NCBI GenBank assembly: GCA_003228115.1
Contig: QEVV01000004.1
Span: 165,577 to 229,576, forward strand
Source: Chloroflexota bacterium
Lineage (GTDB): Bacteria; Chloroflexota; Dehalococcoidia; Lucifugimonadales; SAR202-VII-2
Direction: 5' to 3'
Length of the DNA stretch: 64,000 nt
The position numbers and the translations under genes were made by a program. Within the stretch, counting starts at the first letter, position 1. Every line of letters begins with the position of its first letter. The notes beneath the pieces were generated by a model, which worked only from the letters and a program-made list of their open reading frames with translations, did no database searches and was not told where the DNA came from. Below, piece after piece: positions 62,703-64,000 of this stretch.

Positions 62703-62860
62703 AACGAGTTCTCCTTACTGGAGCCGGGTAAGGGCCCCTATTCGCGGATAAGTATTTGGATGCCCAACGCCTTTGTATACCTGCCCTGAGGCTGCCTCGT
62801 CAAGCGAAAGCTACCCTGAGAGGCGATCTCAACGCAGGAAGCAGTCTGAAGGAACGGGAT

Positions 62861-62964
62861 TGCGCCGCAGGCGGGGTGCAGGGCGAAGCCCGCCGGGGTC
62901 GCAGGGGTGTCCCCTGCTTCTTAAAACGTTCGAGGGCGGGATGGGTGGGAGCGCGGCGTTCGCC
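62861..62964 (+). repeat. Family-A element, copy 15
   Basis: Sequence tgcgccgcaggcggggtgcagggcgaagcccgccggggtcgcaggggtgtcccctgc..aaaacgttcgagggcgggatgggtgggagc. Confidence 0.9.
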
Positions 62965-63158
62965 GCGCCAATCCGTCCATACAAGCCGAGCTCGCTCCCT
63001 CATCTTCCTTGGCGCAACCTCAGCCCCCCTGACCCCACCTGCACAAGCAGGACAACCTCTTCCCTGGCCTTCCAGGGAGCCGTGTTCTGGCAGGTGGCAG
63101 CGGAGTGCGGAAGAACCCATCCTTTTGCTGCTACAGACCACCAGCTGGAATACTCACC

Positions 63159-63611
63159 CTACTTACCGCTCCTCATCCACTGCTCGTGCGACGGGACCTC
63201 TTCACCTATTACATGAAGGAAGTAGTAGGCCCCCATGTTGCCTAGGAAGTTGAACTCCTTACGCAAGTTTTTAACCAGCGTCTCGAAGTCAGGAAAGGAG
63301 CGCAAATAGGTCTGGAAGGAACCGTGCTTCGCCTGTAGATCTATCAGCTTCTCGGCATTGCTGACCACCGCCTCCAGTTTCTTGCGGTTGCGGATTACCC
63401 TGGTGTCGACGACAAGCTCGTCGATCTCTGGTGGCGACATAGAAGCCACAGCCTCGATATCAAAGTTGTGAAAGGCCTCCCGGGTGCCCGGCCACTTGGA
63501 CTCCACAACCTTCCAGGAAATGCCTGCCTGGAAGGCGGCCTTGCTCATGACGTCCAGGTAATCGCCCAGCGCCCGCGGAACAACCTGGTCTGGGGCTTGC
63601 ATATCAGGCAT
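63159..63611 (-). CDS. tag: DNA-3-methyladenine glycosylase I family (Tag-like) protein
   Basis: FQAGISW..V..KW...REAF..FD...VA.M...EI..L.....VIRNR.K..A...NA matches the Tag HhH core. The N-terminal Zn-snap Cys/His residues of E. coli Tag are not evident. Confidence 0.7.
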   Translation of the reverse strand: MPDMQAPDQVVPRALGDYLDVMSKAAFQAGISWKVVESKWPGTREAFHNFDIEAVASMSPPEIDELVVDTRVIRNRKKLEAVVSNAEKLIDLQAKHGSFQTYLRSFPDFETLVKNLRKEFNFLGNMGAYYFLHVIGEEVPSHEQWMRSGK

Positions 63612-63754
63612 GAGTTGCTCCTCCGTAAGTCGAATCTACCAGCAGGCTACCCCTTCCCAGAGGGTCGCCGCAATATCCGGGCGGCAACTCGCACCGCCTT
63701 GGCATCGAGAAGCATCCAAGGGGTGAGTCCAGCAATGGGCGCTAGCCCGCTTCC

Positions 63755-63844
63755 GGGGTGCCGGGGCAGAGCCCCGCCGGGGTTCGGGGTGTCCCCGATA
63801 CCTAAAACGTTTGCGGGCGGGTCGGGCGGGTCCGCGGCGCTAGC
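63755..63844 (+). repeat. Family-A element, copy 16
   Basis: Sequence ggggtgccggggcagagccccgccggggttcggggtgtccccga..aaaacgtttgcgggcgggtcgggcgggtcc. Confidence 0.85.
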
Positions 63845-63912
63845 TACCAAAGACCGTTAGCCCAAAAGAGCCACGGTATCCTAGACCTCACAACGGAACA
63901 AAAGGAGCCAAC

Positions 63913-64000
63913 ATGCCAAGAGTTGTATTGAACGGCGCGGTACTCGCCGAAAGCACTGAAACCGTCAAGGTCGAGGGAAACCACTACTTTCCCCCGTCGT
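63913..64000 (+). CDS. DUF427-like protein, N-terminal fragment (continues beyond window)
   Basis: The ATG is preceded by AAAGGAG. MPRVVLNGAVLAESTETVKVEGNHYFPPS resembles DUF427 N-termini (..A.S.....EG..YFP). Confidence 0.4.
   Translation, partial: MPRVVLNGAVLAESTETVKVEGNHYFPPS

Overview
GC-rich bacterial chromosomal segment. The gene content (several PF04909-type amidohydrolase paralogs, F420-type enzymes, a phosphotriesterase-like protein, a bicupin, an Mrp/Mbh-type antiporter) suggests a Chloroflexota/SAR202-like organism, but that is inference only. All annotation was done by eye from the ORF track and the sequence; no searches were run.

Gene content, in order:
- proC 3' end, yggT, and a PadR regulator with a membrane partner.
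- An 11-gene Mrp/Mbh-like cation:proton antiporter cluster (4.2-12.0 kb).
- tRNA-Arg(CCG) with an abutting tyrosine integrase and a decayed island (12.1 to about 18.4 kb).
- Catabolic-type enzymes, an MFS transporter, an HtrA protease and a membrane pyrophosphatase.
- A seven-gene minus-strand block running from an OmpR-type regulator and histidine kinase to a MacAB-like efflux system (29.0-35.7 kb).
- An orphan hyuB, tRNA-Asn(GTT), and a TetR pair.
- A molybdenum hydroxylase gene set organised like coxS/M/G plus coxL.
- An F420-type nitroreductase, a divergent PEPCK-like protein, and a biotin-less carboxyltransferase.
- An ECF sigma/anti-sigma pair, a TPP-riboswitch-controlled thiG-thiE-thiS operon, an NAD-dependent formate dehydrogenase, and a Tag-like glycosylase.

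Most notable observations:
1. A MerB-like (alkylmercury lyase family) gene at 22029-22679 (minus strand) is interrupted only by two in-frame TGA codons. They align with the two catalytic cysteines of MerB. Each is followed at fdhF-like spacing by a SECIS-like hairpin, one of them with a GGUC loop. This is a candidate double-selenocysteine enzyme.
2. A structured intergenic element of about 95 bp occurs 16 times. Every copy is on the same strand regardless of flanking gene orientation. It has a hairpin with compensatory stem changes and a canonical G-quadruplex motif.
3. Several further short-repeat families are present, including GTAG-headed REP-like palindromes.
4. tRNA-3'-end-like fragments lie in the island, two of them exactly 3000 bp apart bracketing a two-gene cassette.

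No CRISPR array, rRNA gene or complete prophage was seen.
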